DNA of 64,000 nucleotides, taken from positions 1-64,000 of the IMG/VR virus record IMGVR_UViG_3300047445_000406; one strand, given 5' to 3'. Positions 54,252-62,540 of this stretch are shown one piece after another. The stretch comes from a virus. The notes under the pieces were generated by a model. It was not told where the DNA came from and searched no databases. It was given only the letters and a program-made list of their open reading frames with translations. Made by a program: the position numbers and the translations under genes. Each line of letters begins with the position of its first letter. The first letter of the stretch is position 1.

Positions 54252-55289
54252 ATGCAACCACGTTACACCAACACATCGGATCTGCCGCTGGCCCTGGCTG
54301 TGTTCCTGGCTTCGGACAGCTACGACTACGACCCCACCCCCAACACCATCTCAGCCACCACGCTGATGAAACCCCTGCGCCAGATCATCCTGTCCGATCG
54401 CCTGGCCAAACTGCCCCCCGGTGAAGTCATCCTGCCGGACATCATGGAACGTGCGGCCAACCGCATGGGCGCCTCCATCCACGACAGCATCGAACGCGTC
54501 TGGAAGGATGAACTGAGCCGCAAGATGGCCCTGCTGGCGCTGGGTATCCCGGCCCAGGTCGGTAACCGTGTCGTGGTTAACCCGACCGACGATTACGTGC
54601 TGAGCCATCCGGACTGCATCCCGGTCTATATGGAGCAGCGTCTGCGTCGCAAGGTCGGCAAATGGACCGTCACCGGCAAGTTTGACTTCGCCGCCGAACA
54701 GCAGGTGCAGGACTTCAAGACCGCCAATGTGCTGTCCTACAAGCAGCAACGCAATGCCGACAAGCAGATCATGCAGGGTTCCCTGTATCGCTGGCTGGAT
54801 GCCAACCCGGAACATGCGGTGCGCAAGATCACGAAGGACGACATGATCATCATGCACATCTTCATGGACTGGATGCGCGCCATGGCCAAGGCCGATCCGA
54901 GCTACCCACAGCACCGCATGCTCAAGCAGGTACTGCGCCTGAAGTCGGAACGCGAAACCGACGCCTGGGTCAAGCACAAGCTGGACCTGCTGGACCAGTA
55001 CTGGGATGCACCGGAAGGTGATATTCCGGAATGCGCCGGCGATGACCTGTGGCGTTCGGATCCGGTCTTCAAGTACTACAAGAACGGCGACATCACGGCC
55101 AAGCGCAGCACCAAGAACTTTGACACCCGTACCCAGGCGTACACCTACATGGCCGTCGATATGGCTGGCCAGGGTGCCGTGAAAGAGGTGCCGGGCATGG
55201 TCAAGGCCTGCGGCTACTGCAATGCCTACGATGGCTGCACCCAGAAGGATCGCCTGATCCTGAACGGAGAGTTCGACCCCAACAACTAA
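54252..55289 (+). CDS. PD-(D/E)xK nuclease (N4 gp42-like)
   Basis: ISATTL-KPLRQ, G-SIHDSIE, EQR, GKFDF...DFKT, Q-SLYRWL, C-YC cluster. Confidence 0.85.
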   Translation: MQPRYTNTSDLPLALAVFLASDSYDYDPTPNTISATTLMKPLRQIILSDRLAKLPPGEVILPDIMERAANRMGASIHDSIERVWKDELSRKMALLALGIPAQVGNRVVVNPTDDYVLSHPDCIPVYMEQRLRRKVGKWTVTGKFDFAAEQQVQDFKTANVLSYKQQRNADKQIMQGSLYRWLDANPEHAVRKITKDDMIIMHIFMDWMRAMAKADPSYPQHRMLKQVLRLKSERETDAWVKHKLDLLDQYWDAPEGDIPECAGDDLWRSDPVFKYYKNGDITAKRSTKNFDTRTQAYTYMAVDMAGQGAVKEVPGMVKACGYCNAYDGCTQKDRLILNGEFDPNN

Positions 55290-55326
55290 ACTCCCTCATC
55301 GCAACCTCCTGAAACCAAGGAAGACC

Positions 55327-57483
55327 ATGAAAACCTTTGACGAAATGACCTACCATCCAACGGCTGAACAGTTGGTGAGTATCCTGTGCCAGAAGACACA
55401 GAACTCCAACCCGCTGTTCTTCCGTGTGCTGGTGGGATACTACTTCAGCCTGGTGGCATCCATGATGCGCGCCAGCATTGTCACCCATGACCGGGGTGAT
55501 GTCCCCATTAACCTGTATGCACTGAATCTGGGCACATCCGGATCGGGTAAGGGCTTCTCCACCAACATCGTGGAGAACGAGGTGATCAACCGCTTCCGCA
55601 TGAAGTTCCTGGAAGAGACATTCCCGCTGCTGTCGGAAGACAACCTGCCCAAGCTGTCGCTGAAACGTGCCAACCGCAAGGGGACCGATCCGGACGAAGA
55701 GCTGGTGCGGGTGCAGAAGGAATTCGATTCCCTCGGCTCGCTGGTATTCAGTTTTGATTCCGGCACCAGTCCGGCCGTCAAGCAGCTGCGCCACAAGCTG
55801 CTGATGGCCATGGCCGGCTCGATGAATCTGCAGATCGATGAGATCGGCTCCAACCTGCTGTCCAATGTGGAAGTGCTCAACACCTTCCTGGAACTGTACG
55901 ATGTCGGCCGCGTGAAAACCAAGCTGGTGATGAACACCAGTGAACGTGCCCGCGGTGAAGAGATCGTCGGTAGTACACCCACCAACATGCTGCTGTTCGG
56001 TACACCTTCCAAGCTGCTCGATGGCAGCAAGACGGAAGAAGAACTGTTCTCCATGCTGGAAACCGGTTATGCCCGTCGCTGCTTCTTCGGCTGGAGCCGG
56101 GTGGTCAACGAGCAGCACGAGCTGACTCCGGAACAAGTGTACGACATGATGACGAACAAGCAGACCAACATCTTTCTCGATCAGCTGTCCGATCGCTTGG
56201 AGAATCTGGCCGGCATGATCAACGTCAACAAGCGCCTGGTCATGTCCAAGGACACTGCCCTGCTGGTCATCGAGTACCGCCAGAAGTGCGAGAAGATCGC
56301 ACGGGATCTGCCGGAGCATGAAGAGATCAAGAAGGCGGAAATCAGCCACCGCTACTTCAAGGCACTGAAGCTGGCCGGCGCCTACGCCTTCATTGATGAG
56401 TCGCCGGAAGTCACCACCGACCATTTCTACAATGCCGTCAAGCTGGCGGAAGAATCCGGTGATGCCTTTAACCAGCTGCTGACACGCGACCGTCCTTACG
56501 TCAAGCTGGCCAAGTACATTGCAACGTGCCGGCGTGACGTGACCCAGGCCGACCTGGTGGAAGACCTGCCGTTCTACCGTGGCGCGACCAGCCAGAAGCA
56601 GGAGATGATGACTCTGGCCATCGCCTACGGCTACAAGAACAACATCATCATCAAGAAGGCCTTTGCCGACGGCATCGAGTTCTTCCGTGGTGAGACGCTG
56701 GAGATCACCGACCTGAACAAGATGGTGGTGGCCTACAGCCAGGACTTGGCCGAAGGCTACCAGGGCGAGCAGGCACCGTGGGACAAGCTGCACCGCCTGA
56801 CCCAGGCGCCCGGCCTGCACTGGATCAACCACCATGTCGTCAACGGCCACCGCAGCGAAGACAATGCCATTCCTGGCTTCAATCTGCTGGTGATCGATGT
56901 CGATGACACCTGCAATCTGTCGACGGCCAAGGCGCTGCTGACCGGCTACAAGGCGCTGTTCTACACCACCAAGCGGCACCAGGTGGACGGCAATGGCGAT
57001 CGCTTCCGCATCATCCTGCCGATGAACTACACCTTGAAGCTGGACGCCAAGGACTACAAGGAGTTCATGAAGAACATCTACGAGTGGCTGCCGTTCGAGG
57101 TCGATGACCAGACCGGTCAGCGTGCCCGCAAGTGGATGTCGCATGATGGTCACTACGAGTATCTCGATGGTGATCTGCTGGATGTACTGCCCTTCATTCC
57201 GAAAACCAGTAAGAACGAAGAGCGCAAGGCCCGCCTGCAGGACCAGCAATCGATGGACAATCTGGAACGCTGGGTCATCAACAACATCGGTGACGGCAAC
57301 CGCAACAACATGCTGCTGCGCTACGCCATGATCCTGGTCGATGGTGAATTCACCCTGGAGCAGATCCAGAACGCCGTGGTCAACCTGAACGACAAGCTGC
57401 CTGACAAGCTGGACGAGTCGGAGATCTTCAGCACGATCATGATCAGCGTGACCAAGGCCATCGCCAAGCGTGGTACCCCATAA
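55327..57483 (+). CDS. Primase/helicase-type replication protein (N4 gp43, dns)
   Basis: SGSGKGFS, FDSGT-PAVKQ, DEIGSNL, GYARRC, IDVD, YTTKRH, RFRI-LP, GNRNN-LLRYA. Confidence 0.9.
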   Translation: MKTFDEMTYHPTAEQLVSILCQKTQNSNPLFFRVLVGYYFSLVASMMRASIVTHDRGDVPINLYALNLGTSGSGKGFSTNIVENEVINRFRMKFLEETFPLLSEDNLPKLSLKRANRKGTDPDEELVRVQKEFDSLGSLVFSFDSGTSPAVKQLRHKLLMAMAGSMNLQIDEIGSNLLSNVEVLNTFLELYDVGRVKTKLVMNTSERARGEEIVGSTPTNMLLFGTPSKLLDGSKTEEELFSMLETGYARRCFFGWSRVVNEQHELTPEQVYDMMTNKQTNIFLDQLSDRLENLAGMINVNKRLVMSKDTALLVIEYRQKCEKIARDLPEHEEIKKAEISHRYFKALKLAGAYAFIDESPEVTTDHFYNAVKLAEESGDAFNQLLTRDRPYVKLAKYIATCRRDVTQADLVEDLPFYRGATSQKQEMMTLAIAYGYKNNIIIKKAFADGIEFFRGETLEITDLNKMVVAYSQDLAEGYQGEQAPWDKLHRLTQAPGLHWINHHVVNGHRSEDNAIPGFNLLVIDVDDTCNLSTAKALLTGYKALFYTTKRHQVDGNGDRFRIILPMNYTLKLDAKDYKEFMKNIYEWLPFEVDDQTGQRARKWMSHDGHYEYLDGDLLDVLPFIPKTSKNEERKARLQDQQSMDNLERWVINNIGDGNRNNMLLRYAMILVDGEFTLEQIQNAVVNLNDKLPDKLDESEIFSTIMISVTKAIAKRGTP

Positions 57484-57542
57484 ATCCAAACCAGTGAAGC
57501 AGGCGCCTCCGGGCGCTTCTTCGATTCCTACAAAGGAAAGTC

Positions 57543-57827
57543 ATGAGCACAGAAAAACGCAAGTACCCCTATAACGCCTGGATGCTGCAGCCCTCCTTTA
57601 AACCAGTGGAAGTACGGGTGGTGAAGCGTGCATATCTGCACAGCTACCACGAGTACGACGAACTGGAATCCGGCAAAACAGTCCACATCAACAACCTGTA
57701 CCCAACCAAAGCAGCCGCCATTGCCTACGGCCGGCAGCAGGTGGAAAAGACCGAAGCCGATCTGGTCAAGCGCCGCGAGAATCTGAACAAGAAAATCGCT
57801 GCCCTCAACAAAGCAGAAGGAAAGTAA
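57543..57827 (+). CDS. Hypothetical protein
   Basis: AAGGA RBS; YNAW-LQPSFKPVEV, C-terminal coiled coil. Confidence 0.7.
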   Translation: MSTEKRKYPYNAWMLQPSFKPVEVRVVKRAYLHSYHEYDELESGKTVHINNLYPTKAAAIAYGRQQVEKTEADLVKRRENLNKKIAALNKAEGK

Positions 57828-57830
57828 ATC

Positions 57831-58556
57831 ATGTCCCAAGTGAATGACAACCTGATCCTGATCGTAGGCAAATCGGCTGGCGGCAAATCCGCATCGCTGA
57901 TGGGCCTGAAGGATCCGCAGGGTGTGCTGTACCTGAACTGCGAATCCGGCAAGAAGCTGCCCTTCAAGTCCAAGTTCATCGAGAAGACGGTGACCGATCC
58001 GCTGCAGGTCTATGAAGCGTTCGACTGGGTCGAAGGCCAGCCGCACATCCACACCGTGGTGATCGATACCCAGACCTACCTGATGGACATGTTCGAGTCG
58101 CTGTACGTTATCGGCTCGGCCAATACCCAATCGGCCTGGGGCCAGTACGCCCAGTACTTCAAGAACCTGATGCAGCAGTACGTGGCCAAGTGCTCCAAGA
58201 ACGTGATCTTCCTGGCCCACTCGGCCGACGAGCTGAACAAAGATGACATGGTGATGGAAACCAAGGTACCGGTGAAAGGTAGCCTGAAGAACAACGGCAT
58301 CGAATCCTTCTTCAGCCAGGTCATCTCGGCCAAGAAGGTGCCGATCAAGGTGCTCAAGGATTACCCGAACGCCTTGCTCAACATCTCGGCAGAAGACGAA
58401 GCCCTGGGCTACAAGCACTGCTTCCAAACCAGGCTGACCAAGGACACCGTGGGCGAACGCCTGCGGGGGCCGATGGGCATGTGGATGGTGACGGAAACCT
58501 TCATCGACAACAATGCCCAGCAGGTACTGGACCGTCTGCACCAGTACTACGCATAA
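57831..58556 (+). CDS. AAA/Sak4-like ATPase (N4 gp44)
   Basis: GKSAGGKSASL, YLNCESGK-LPF, VIDT-TYLMDMFES, VPVKGSLKNNGIE. Confidence 0.88.
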   Translation: MSQVNDNLILIVGKSAGGKSASLMGLKDPQGVLYLNCESGKKLPFKSKFIEKTVTDPLQVYEAFDWVEGQPHIHTVVIDTQTYLMDMFESLYVIGSANTQSAWGQYAQYFKNLMQQYVAKCSKNVIFLAHSADELNKDDMVMETKVPVKGSLKNNGIESFFSQVISAKKVPIKVLKDYPNALLNISAEDEALGYKHCFQTRLTKDTVGERLRGPMGMWMVTETFIDNNAQQVLDRLHQYYA

Positions 58557-58677
58557 AGATTTACCAGCAGCAAATCCTGCAGTACACTGCCTGTCTCTGC
58601 TTCGAGCGGGCAGATACCCCCGGCCACGTTAGTAGCCACTCACATCGAAACAAACCCTGAAAATTAAAGGAAATACC

Positions 58678-59436
58678 ATGAGCCTGCTCAAAAATCTGAA
58701 AACCGACGCTTCCATCGCTGGTGAAAAAGACTCCCTCGGCGGTGGCCGCCTGTTTGAATCCGGCCTGCTGAACATGGCCGTCACCATGGCCTACCTGAAG
58801 GAATCCGACAGCGGCGCCCTGGGCGTGTTCGTCACCCTGAAGAACAAGGCCGACAACCAGGAACTGCGCGTCAGCCAGTACGTCACCTCCGGCAAAGCCA
58901 AAGGCCAGAAGAACACTTACACTGACAAGGACGGCAATGAGCAATACCTGCCTGGCTTCCTGATCATGAACGGCCTGGCCGAGCTGACCACGGGCGTGCA
59001 ACTGTCCGACCTGGAAACCGAAGACAAGCTGGTCAACATCTACAGCGCGGCTGCCAAGGCCGAAGTACCAACCAAGGTACCAGTGCTGACCCAGCTGATC
59101 GGTCAGGAGATCAATGTCGGCGTGGTCAAGCAACGCGTCAACAAGCAGATCAAGAACGATGCCGGCGTATACGTCGACACCAACGACGAGCGTTTCATCA
59201 ACGAAGTCGACAAGTTCTTCTGCGCCAAGGACAAGTTCCTGAACATGACCGTGGCCGAGATCAAGGGCAAAGCGGATGAAGCCAAGTTCTACAAGGACTG
59301 GGCCGAGAAGAACACCGGAAAGCTGATCGACCGCTTCAAGCCAGTCGGTAACGGCACGGCAGGCGCCCCAGCCCGTACAGGTGCCGCTGCAGCCACCGGT
59401 GGCACTGCCAAGCCAGCCTCCTCGCTGTTCGGCTAA
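58678..59436 (+). CDS. ssb: Single-stranded DNA-binding protein (N4 gp45)
   Basis: EKDSLGGG, TSGKAKG-KNTY-DKDG--QYLPGF, NEVDKFF, C-terminal SLFG. Confidence 0.9.
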   Translation: MSLLKNLKTDASIAGEKDSLGGGRLFESGLLNMAVTMAYLKESDSGALGVFVTLKNKADNQELRVSQYVTSGKAKGQKNTYTDKDGNEQYLPGFLIMNGLAELTTGVQLSDLETEDKLVNIYSAAAKAEVPTKVPVLTQLIGQEINVGVVKQRVNKQIKNDAGVYVDTNDERFINEVDKFFCAKDKFLNMTVAEIKGKADEAKFYKDWAEKNTGKLIDRFKPVGNGTAGAPARTGAAAATGGTAKPASSLFG

Positions 59437-59511
59437 TCCCCGAACAACCCCATCACCGGATCACCAGCCTCCGGACCCCCAATAGCTGGACCCGCTACAC
59501 CGTAGTAAACG

Positions 59512-59541
59512 AGCCCCCATGTCCCCTCATGGGGGTTTTTT
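59512..59541 (+). terminator. Intrinsic terminator after SSB
   Basis: AGCCCCCATG-TCCCCT-CATGGGGGTT-TTTT. Confidence 0.85.
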
Positions 59542-59561
59542 AACCCTCTCTGAAAGAGAAC

Positions 59562-60191
59562 ATGGAAACCAACAACATTCCTCGTGTTACTCCGCCGCAG
59601 ATTCAGGCCTTGATCGACCGTACCGAGTTCCGCTTCCAGGTGGTACCCGGTACCACCACCACGCTGTGCCTGGCACTGCTGGATGGTAAGTTCAACCTGG
59701 CCATTGGCAAGTCGGCCTGTGTCGATGCCCGCCTGTTCGACCAGAAAAAGGGCGAAGAGCTGGCCCACAGGGACTGCTATGCCCAGGCTGTCAACCGTCT
59801 GTGGGAGCTGGAAGGCTACCGTCTGTACCAGCGTCTGCGTGACGAGCCGGAACTGATTGCGGAAATCTGCCACGAAGCCAACCGTGCCTATTGCCAGGCC
59901 ATGGGAGATGAATCCCAGCCCGCCTGGACCGATGCCCCGGAATGGCAGCGTGTATCGGCCCGTAATGGCGTCGAAGCTCACCTGTCCACCGAGATGTCGC
60001 CGGCTGAATCGCATGCCGCCTGGATGACCGAAAAGCTGGCCAACGGCTGGCAGTACGGTGAAGTCAAGGATCCGGTGGCCAAAACCCATCCGTGCATGGT
60101 GCCCTACAGCGATCTGCCGGCCGCACAGCAAGCCAAGGACTTCATCTTCCGCGGCATTGTCAACGCCTTCAAGAAAGGCGGTGCAGCATGA
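59562..60191 (+). CDS. Phage gp49/66-family domain fused to an RyR-like domain
   Basis: N-half TTTLC...G-SACVD---FD--KGEELA...LWELEGY; C-half IAEICHEANRAYC...HAAW--EK-ANGW-YG-VKD---KTHPCMVPY-DLP--QQAKD. Confidence 0.8.
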   Translation: METNNIPRVTPPQIQALIDRTEFRFQVVPGTTTTLCLALLDGKFNLAIGKSACVDARLFDQKKGEELAHRDCYAQAVNRLWELEGYRLYQRLRDEPELIAEICHEANRAYCQAMGDESQPAWTDAPEWQRVSARNGVEAHLSTEMSPAESHAAWMTEKLANGWQYGEVKDPVAKTHPCMVPYSDLPAAQQAKDFIFRGIVNAFKKGGAA

Positions 60192-60805
60192 GCGACCAAC
60201 ACGCCCCGGAAGTCTTCGTGGACAAGACGCCCGACCTGCCCTATGAGTTTGAAGACTTCGGCATGAGCAGCGCTGAGCTGCAGGCCAAGTACTTCGACAG
60301 CAACGAGCACGACTACTACACCACGCCCATGTGGGTGGAAGCCCACAAGGACCAGGCTACGGCCATGCCGTACTGGGACTGGGTGGTGCAGCAGATCGCC
60401 AAGGACGATGCAGCAACCCCTGGCAACGAAGACCTGGACAAGGAATTGACCATCGGCGATACGGCGGCAGCCACCGATCCCAAGCAGGAACTGGTCAGCA
60501 TCGGCAGTATCGATGAATTCGCTGGCTTCCTGGTCAACTGGCATGGCCGTCAGCGTGCCCAGGCGGAACACCTGTTCCAGGTACCTGCGGGTATCGAGAT
60601 CGAAGTGCAGATCGGCCACAACGACACCCCCACCAAGGTGGTGTTGGAAGGCGACAAGCTGCGTGCCTTCCAGGGTGGTGTCTCGGCAGCCCTGAGCCTG
60701 TTCGCTACCCTGCCCTTCGCCTTCATGGCGGTGGACCTGGCAGCACCGGCCGGTGATCAGACTGCTGAAACCGCTGTCGATGGTGAAGGCAGCGATGTCG
60801 GTTAA
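60188..60805 (+). CDS. Hypothetical acidic protein with conserved N4-like C-domain
   Basis: ATGA overlap; FAGFL-NWH...VLEGD-L-AF--G---AL--F--LPF. Confidence 0.7.
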   Translation: MSDQHAPEVFVDKTPDLPYEFEDFGMSSAELQAKYFDSNEHDYYTTPMWVEAHKDQATAMPYWDWVVQQIAKDDAATPGNEDLDKELTIGDTAAATDPKQELVSIGSIDEFAGFLVNWHGRQRAQAEHLFQVPAGIEIEVQIGHNDTPTKVVLEGDKLRAFQGGVSAALSLFATLPFAFMAVDLAAPAGDQTAETAVDGEGSDVG

Positions 60806-61400
60806 GGAGCTGATCGTCGTCGGTTTCGACCCGTCGATGAACAACTGGGGCGTCAGCCGGGGCATCATCTCGGTTGACCCTGCCAACCTGCGTAATTCCT
60901 CCCTGCGTGTGTCTGGCTTATCGGTCATCAATCCGGTCAAGCCAGACAGCAAGCAGGTGCGGACCAACAGCAAAGACCTGCTGGCAGCGGAACAGCTGGC
61001 TAGGGGTGCGCTGGAGGCCGCAGCAGGCGCCCAGGCGATCTTTGTCGAAGTCCCGGTCGGTTCCCAGTCCGCCCGCGCGATGGCCTCCTATGGCATCTGC
61101 GTGGGTGTGCTGGGTGCCTTGCGTGCCATGGGCATCCCCTTCTTCGAGGTGACTCCCACCGAGGTGAAGATGGCGTCCGTCGGCAAGAAGACCGCGACCA
61201 AACAGGACATGATCGCCTGGGCACAGGCCCAGCATCCCGAAGCCCCCTGGCCAACCTACAAGGAAAAGGGCATCGAGTACGTGTCTGAAGCCAAGGCCGA
61301 ACACATGGCCGATGCGACCGCAGCAATTTATGCCGGCGTGCGCACGACCACTTTCCAATCCCTGCTACCGATGCTGGTGTCCCAGCTGAAGGTGGCGTAG
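60795..61400 (+). CDS. RuvC-like Holliday junction resolvase (N4 gp46)
   Basis: VGFDPSM-NWG, FVEVPVGSQS, V-PTEVK...ATKQDMI, EHMADA. Confidence 0.88.
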   Translation: MSVKELIVVGFDPSMNNWGVSRGIISVDPANLRNSSLRVSGLSVINPVKPDSKQVRTNSKDLLAAEQLARGALEAAAGAQAIFVEVPVGSQSARAMASYGICVGVLGALRAMGIPFFEVTPTEVKMASVGKKTATKQDMIAWAQAQHPEAPWPTYKEKGIEYVSEAKAEHMADATAAIYAGVRTTTFQSLLPMLVSQLKVA

Positions 61401-61426
61401 CATTATCTTTAAACCAAGGAAACAAC

Positions 61427-61885
61427 ATGAAACTCCAACTCGAACAAGCAGAAATCGAAAAGGCCGTGCAGGAATACGTGGCCAACCAGGGCATCAAGGT
61501 CGAGGGTAAAACCCTGACCGTGAAGTTCTCCATGACCCGTGGTGAACAAGGCCTGATCGCCGACCTGACCATCGATGAAGTGAAGGCAGATATCAAGCCT
61601 GTCACCCGTGCACCGCGTGCCGGTACGGTGGGTGCCGCCATCGCCAACCAGTCGGCCGGTCAGTCGGGCAAACAGGAAGCCAAACCAGCCCCGACTACCG
61701 CCAAGGAAGCGATCGAGCAAGCCACGGCGGCAGCAGCTGAAGCGGCGGCGGCCCGTACCGAGCAAACTACCGCGGTGGAAACCGAGGAAGCCTCCCAGGC
61801 TGCAGCGGAAGAGACTGCCGGCGAAGCCAAGGAAGAAACCGTATCTGCTCCGGCTGCGGCGCCTGCCAAATCCCTGTTCGGCTAA
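61427..61885 (+). CDS. N4 gp47-like protein
   Basis: L-QAEIEKAVQEYV--QGI, F-MTRG--GL-A, Ala/Glu-rich linker, C-terminal KSLFG. Confidence 0.75.
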   Translation: MKLQLEQAEIEKAVQEYVANQGIKVEGKTLTVKFSMTRGEQGLIADLTIDEVKADIKPVTRAPRAGTVGAAIANQSAGQSGKQEAKPAPTTAKEAIEQATAAAAEAAAARTEQTTAVETEEASQAAAEETAGEAKEETVSAPAAAPAKSLFG

Positions 61886-61900
61886 GCCACAGGCCAGCAC

Positions 61901-62095
61901 ATGAAAATCCGAGCTATCCTTAAGGGAATCGGCATTGGTGTGCTGGCCATACTCGCCATTGTCGTGGCGATCGTAGGCTTTGTGCTGTCGGCCGTCATGG
62001 GAATTGCAGTATCGCTGGCCGCCATTGGTGCACCGTTCTGCCTGGCCATTGTCATGGCAGTGCACGACTGGGTAACCAGGAAGAAAGAGAAGTAA
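61901..62095 (+). CDS. Small membrane protein
   Basis: Long hydrophobic stretch and basic tail; last middle gene. Confidence 0.65.
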   Translation: MKIRAILKGIGIGVLAILAIVVAIVGFVLSAVMGIAVSLAAIGAPFCLAIVMAVHDWVTRKKEK

Positions 62096-62102
62096 CCGTA
62101 AA

Positions 62103-62500
62103 GCCCTTGCCGCGGTAAAGAGCAGGGGCAACAAGAAAGCCAACTCCACGCCCAAACATCAGGTAGCAAGCTGAGGGAGCAATCCCATATATGCGCTACG
62201 GGGAGGGTGGACCAGCGGTAGCCGCGGTCATAGGAGTTGGCCTCCTTGTTTATCGAATTGCGGGTGTACTTCACCTGCTCCAGAAAGGTGGCCACAATTA
62301 CGGACTACCCAGCACCTGTGCTGCGCGTACACACCGTTGGAAACAAGCCTTTTGTGCCAGATGACAGGCCTAAACACATCGTCAGGTGAGAGACGCAAAC
62401 ACCTATATGACACAATAGAGTGTCGCCCCGGCAGAGACAACTGCCAGAGGATAACTTCAGAGCATCGAAACTCAAAACAAACACGTCTCGCTGGTCGAGT
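62103..62500 (+). ncRNA. Candidate large structured non-coding RNA
   Basis: About 13 nested or adjacent helices forming three multi-stem domains, GNRA loops (GCAA, GAAA), G-U wobbles only on the + strand, no credible ORF. Confidence 0.55.
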
Positions 62501-62502
62501 TG

Positions 62503-62540
62503 AGAGAGGGGGTGGATCGAAAGACCCACTCCCTTTTCTT
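62503..62540. terminator. Terminator between the middle unit and convergent vRNAP gene
   Basis: AGAGAGGGGGTGG-ATC-GAAA-GAC-CCACTCCCTTTTCT. Confidence 0.8.

Noticed and set aside
62395-62418. tmRNA-like resume sequence GCA AAC... (ANTYMTQ*)
   Set aside because: No tRNA-like domain (no T-arm or acceptor/CCA) and the peptide lacks the Ala-rich degron ending.
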